A stretch of 17,455 bases of DNA from NCBI GenBank assembly GCA_047617785.1, contig JBLGBK010000013.1, forward strand, positions 1 through 17,455, in the 5' to 3' direction. Shown in pieces: positions 14,118 to 17,455 of this stretch (position 1 is its first letter; every line of letters starts with the position of its first letter). This DNA comes from Colwellia polaris. GTDB taxonomy: Archaea > Nanohalarchaeota > Nanosalinia > Nanosalinales > Nanosalinaceae. Made by a program: the position numbers and the translations under genes. The notes under the pieces are model-generated. The model saw only the letters and a list, made by a program, of their open reading frames with translations. It had not been told where the DNA came from and ran no database searches.

Positions 14118-16190
14118 ATGAAAAAATATTTTACAGCATCTCTAGTACTTCTAACCTTTATCGCACTTCTAGTATCTAGCGTATCTGCGCATACAATAGC
14201 ACAACACCAGCAGACGCAGGAAAACCAGGAAACAACTGAAACATCCCAGCAGGTTCTGGAAGAACCATGTACAGAAACGAATCCTGGCTGGAGAGATGAA
14301 CAAACTATTGCAGGCGTACAAATACAGGAATCACAGAGATGCAATCCGGACAATCCTAATGTGGTGGCTGCATCCGTCAAAGGAACCAACAACGTACCTA
14401 TGGATGTACTTATGAAGTCCGGGCTTAACCGGAATGCGGTTGTCAAAGGAAACGATACTGATGGAGACGGAGACCCTGACGATATACATATCACTCTGGA
14501 GATATCTGGAGTTAACGAGGAGAATGCAGTAGTAGAACAGGAGATCGCACCGGGAATTAAACCAGCGTTCTGGACATTCTCACCAAAGACAAGAGGGATG
14601 ACGGACGACAACTCGAAAGTACAGGATCTGATGAAGGTACCAAGCCCTACAATCAGAGTAGAGGAAGGAGACACAGTAACAGTTGAAGTTGACAACACTC
14701 ACTATATGCCCCACACAGTACACCTTCACGGAGTCGACCACCCTTACTCTGGAGGAAACAAAACTGAAGGAGGTGACGGAGTACCTGTCACCAACGAGAA
14801 ACCTATCAAACCAGGAGAGAGCAGAGAATACACATTCACGCCGGAAACACCGGGAACGATGTTCTATCACTGCCACGTAATCCCCAACACACACGTTTCA
14901 ATGGGGCTAAACGGCATGTTCGTAGTTGAAGAAGAAAAAGACAACAACACAGTACAGACACTGAACCCTCAGGCAGGAAAAGTACGACACACTTCTGAAG
15001 GCGTAGATGAAAACTACACTGCAGAGTACGACATGGTGTACCAAGATATCGACAAGGAGCTTCATCAGTACTCACAGAACCTGAGTGATACAAGAGAGAT
15101 CGCAAAAGCAGTAAACCGCGACTACGATATCACTGACGCATCCAAAGACTACTTCATGCTTAACGGGCTATCATACCCGTACACACTTAGAGAATCCAAC
15201 ATCAACGTAGAACCTGATGAAAGATACAAGATGAGAGTCCTAAACGCAGCAGGCGACGTTCTCTCACTGCACACACATGGCCACAAAGTCAAGATCCAGC
15301 AGAAAGACGGCGTACCTCTTGAAAACGAGGTACAGCGCGATGTAATAGATGTATCTTCTGCACAACGAGTAGACCTGTCTCTCAACACTACACGAGATGG
15401 ACTGAACTCGTACGGTGAGGGAATATGGCTCATGCACGATCACTCCGAGGAAGCAGTAACCACCGATGGAATATCGCCAGGTGGAAATCCGGCAACTATA
15501 ACCTACAAAAGCCATCTCAAGGAGAACGGAATGCCAGAAACCGCGGTTAACATATCCAAGTACTTCAGTGAACAGTACTACGAAGGAGAAGTACCTTTCC
15601 ACGAAGGACTTGATCAACAGGCGTTCGGATACCCGCCGTCTGAAGAACCAAATGAGGTAGATGTACCGGCCGCATCAACAAATAACGACCAAATGAACAT
15701 GCAAGGAATGGGTATGAGTGGAGACATGATGAGCATGATGGACATGGAAATGGTTCCCAACGGAACAGTAGTCAACGAGAACAAAGACAAGTTGCCTGAA
15801 GGATGTGAAGAAATCAGAGGTGTCCGAGATATAACGTTAGAGGCAGGTGAAAGATTCGCAGAGCCTGGAGAGGCATTTGGCTACAACATGGACAATATGG
15901 AGTTCAACACATGCGAGAAGATAAACGTCAAGTTCGTTAACCATGACGAAACACGCCACCAGTGGATGATCCATGGACTACCTGAAGAAACCTATCCGAT
16001 GGGAATGTTCAACTTGGAAGTCATGGATGGTGGAACAGTTGAGGGTACATTCATTACGCCTAGCGAACCAACCGACCTCCTTCTACACTGCTCGCTTCCA
16101 CAGCACCAGCAGAAAGGAATGGATGGAACAGTCTCAATCGTTGAACCAAGCTCAGGAGGATTCTTCTCCTGGCTCGGTAACCTGTTCTAA
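14118..16190 (+). CDS. Secreted two-domain multicopper oxidase with Met-rich linker and C-terminal cupredoxin domain
   Basis: Sec-type signal (MKKYF..VSA). Domain 1 has HTVHLHG and YHCHVIPNTHVSMG; domain 2 has LHTHGH and MHDH. The C-terminal T1 site is HQWM..CSLPQHQQKGM. Confidence 0.9.
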   Translation: MKKYFTASLVLLTFIALLVSSVSAHTIAQHQQTQENQETTETSQQVLEEPCTETNPGWRDEQTIAGVQIQESQRCNPDNPNVVAASVKGTNNVPMDVLMKSGLNRNAVVKGNDTDGDGDPDDIHITLEISGVNEENAVVEQEIAPGIKPAFWTFSPKTRGMTDDNSKVQDLMKVPSPTIRVEEGDTVTVEVDNTHYMPHTVHLHGVDHPYSGGNKTEGGDGVPVTNEKPIKPGESREYTFTPETPGTMFYHCHVIPNTHVSMGLNGMFVVEEEKDNNTVQTLNPQAGKVRHTSEGVDENYTAEYDMVYQDIDKELHQYSQNLSDTREIAKAVNRDYDITDASKDYFMLNGLSYPYTLRESNINVEPDERYKMRVLNAAGDVLSLHTHGHKVKIQQKDGVPLENEVQRDVIDVSSAQRVDLSLNTTRDGLNSYGEGIWLMHDHSEEAVTTDGISPGGNPATITYKSHLKENGMPETAVNISKYFSEQYYEGEVPFHEGLDQQAFGYPPSEEPNEVDVPAASTNNDQMNMQGMGMSGDMMSMMDMEMVPNGTVVNENKDKLPEGCEEIRGVRDITLEAGERFAEPGEAFGYNMDNMEFNTCEKINVKFVNHDETRHQWMIHGLPEETYPMGMFNLEVMDGGTVEGTFITPSEPTDLLLHCSLPQHQQKGMDGTVSIVEPSSGGFFSWLGNLF

Positions 16191-16191
16191 A

Positions 16192-16217
16192 TTCTTTTTC
16201 TACTCTTTCTTCCTTTC
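16192..16217 (+). terminator. Oligo-T terminator after the multicopper oxidase gene
   Basis: TTCTTTTTCTACTCTTTCTTCCTTTC immediately after the TAA at 16190. Confidence 0.5.
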
Positions 16218-16251
16218 AACTATTTGGTTCTTCAACCCGAATAAACTTACT

Positions 16252-16577
16252 GTGACACATATACAGGACGGCTTACACGGCTACATCAAACTGAATAAGG
16301 ATGAGAAAGAACTTTTTGACACACCAAAGGTACAGAGACTACGCAGAATCAGACAGCTAGGACTATCCTCGCTCTTCTACCCAAGCGCCGCACATACACG
16401 GTTCAGCACAGTCTTGGAGTGATGCATACATCAGGAAGAACTTTTGACGCTGATGACTACGTTACCATGATCGAAACGATAAGAGAAATAGCGGAGGAAA
16501 CCGGTTTCACACCGGAAAAAGTTGGATACGCTCTTTTCGCACATGACTACAATGTACGTGAACGAAACCTACACTGA
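16252..16577 (+). pseudogene. Frameshifted, truncated HD-domain phosphohydrolase (SAMHD1/dNTPase-like N-terminus), probably fused to the 3' end of another gene
   Basis: IQDGLHGYIKL..DTPKVQRLRRIRQLGLSSLFYPSAAHTRF, then a 1-nt deletion at about 16404, then HSLGVMH. The remainder lacks HDxGHGPFSH and stops at 16577. Confidence 0.85.
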
Positions 16578-17402
16578 AACCCTTCTGAAACTATCCAAAA
16601 ACCCTTCTGCATCATTTTTCTCCAAGCTGTTGTCCATTTGAAGCGATTTGTACTGATCTATGCCGAAACGAAGAGGCAGGAATTCCGCGGTTTGAAGACC
16701 TATACGCGTTAATGCGGAAGGCGATACAAGTACAGGCTTGTCCGGGAATCGCCGCTTAACCATGTCTTTCATGCTTAGAACTTCTTCTCCGCCGATATCA
16801 AATACGCCTGAAAGCCCTTTCTCGACCGCATACAGGAAAATGTCTGCTACGTCAGCCATATCTATTGGCTGAAAAACAGGGTTGCCCGGAAGAACTGCTA
16901 CAGGTAGCCTTCGGAGGCGTGAGAACAAGGTTTCAAACTCGCTGCCCTTGCCTAGGACAACGGATGGGCGGAACACACACGTTTCCAACTCGCTGTCTTC
17001 TACTAATTTCTGTCCCGCACCCTTAGTCCTCAGATACTCGGTTTCTGCATTCGGGTCTGCGCCATAAGCACTCATGTGGATAAGATGATCTAGGTCGGCT
17101 CGCTCTGCTTCTTCAATTATGTTTTCAACTCCTTCAACATGAATATCATAGTAACTTACGTCTGAAGGTTTGAATAATGGGCTGAGACCTGCAAGATTGA
17201 TCGCGGTATCATATTTTCCAAAGTTCAGCGATCCCTGATAGGTTATATCGGCTAGTTCGATATCTACTTCAGAATCAAGATATTTGCTCTCACGTTTCTC
17301 AGATACGCCTGCTGTTACCTTGTATCCAGCTTTATTTAACCGGTTGCAGACATGTGTGCCTATGAATCCTGTGCCGCCGATAACTAATACTTCCTTGCTC
17401 AT
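16569..17402 (-). CDS. NAD(P)-binding atypical SDR (NDUFA9-like epimerase family)
   Basis: VLVIGGTGFIG Rossmann motif, INLAG, HMSAYGAD, YLRTK (YxxxK), FRPSVVLG, FQPIDMADVA. Confidence 0.9.
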   Translation of the reverse strand: MSKEVLVIGGTGFIGTHVCNRLNKAGYKVTAGVSEKRESKYLDSEVDIELADITYQGSLNFGKYDTAINLAGLSPLFKPSDVSYYDIHVEGVENIIEEAERADLDHLIHMSAYGADPNAETEYLRTKGAGQKLVEDSELETCVFRPSVVLGKGSEFETLFSRLRRLPVAVLPGNPVFQPIDMADVADIFLYAVEKGLSGVFDIGGEEVLSMKDMVKRRFPDKPVLVSPSALTRIGLQTAEFLPLRFGIDQYKSLQMDNSLEKNDAEGFLDSFRRVSV

Positions 17403-17455
17403 CTTAATTTACCGGCGAATAACGTCCTTTCAACTCGGTTTCATCAATGACGTGT

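Noticed and set aside
15973-16422. 149-aa ORF as an intact gene
   Set aside because: The first ~90 codons overlap the oxidase and its terminator. Only the part from 16252 is HD-like, and it is frameshifted.
1-17455. CRISPR array, rRNA, IS transposase or integrase
   Set aside because: No regularly spaced repeats, rRNA-like tracts, or transposase/tyrosine-recombinase motifs were seen by eye.

Overview
Archaeal chromosomal window, most likely from a nanohaloarchaeon (DPANN). This is inferred from the acidic proteins, moderate GC, A-rich codons, TATA promoters with short leaders, and CCA-less tRNAs. Left part: tRNA-Ile(GAT), cdc48, a solo PIN-domain gene, a glutaredoxin-like gene, a Nudix hydrolase and an arvA/B/C (oapA/B/C) small-GTPase operon. 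These are followed by small orphan genes: a 2-TM protein, an amphi-Trp-like protein lacking Trp, two acidic disordered proteins sharing a short coiled-coil motif, a possible THUMP-less ThiI remnant and a Zn-ribbon protein. The centre is a mobile-DNA hub that the ORF track largely misses. A decayed PDDEXK_5 (I-Ssp6803I-like) endonuclease gene abuts an intron-containing tRNA-Thr(TGT). A ~1.9 kb islet follows, bounded by a 14/15 copy of the tRNA 3' end, and carries a frameshifted remnant, a 3-TM protein and an intact PD-(D/E)xK-like nuclease. Right part: two HAD hydrolases, membrane proteins, and a redox/copper cluster. That cluster holds an unlisted 27-aa C2H2 zinc-finger microprotein, a thioredoxin, an HxlR regulator with a GTTAC-N5-GTAAC site, and a secreted two-domain multicopper oxidase fused to a Met-rich linker and an extra cupredoxin. 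The window ends with a chimeric HD-domain pseudogene and an NDUFA9-like SDR. All family calls are by motif recognition; no searches were run.
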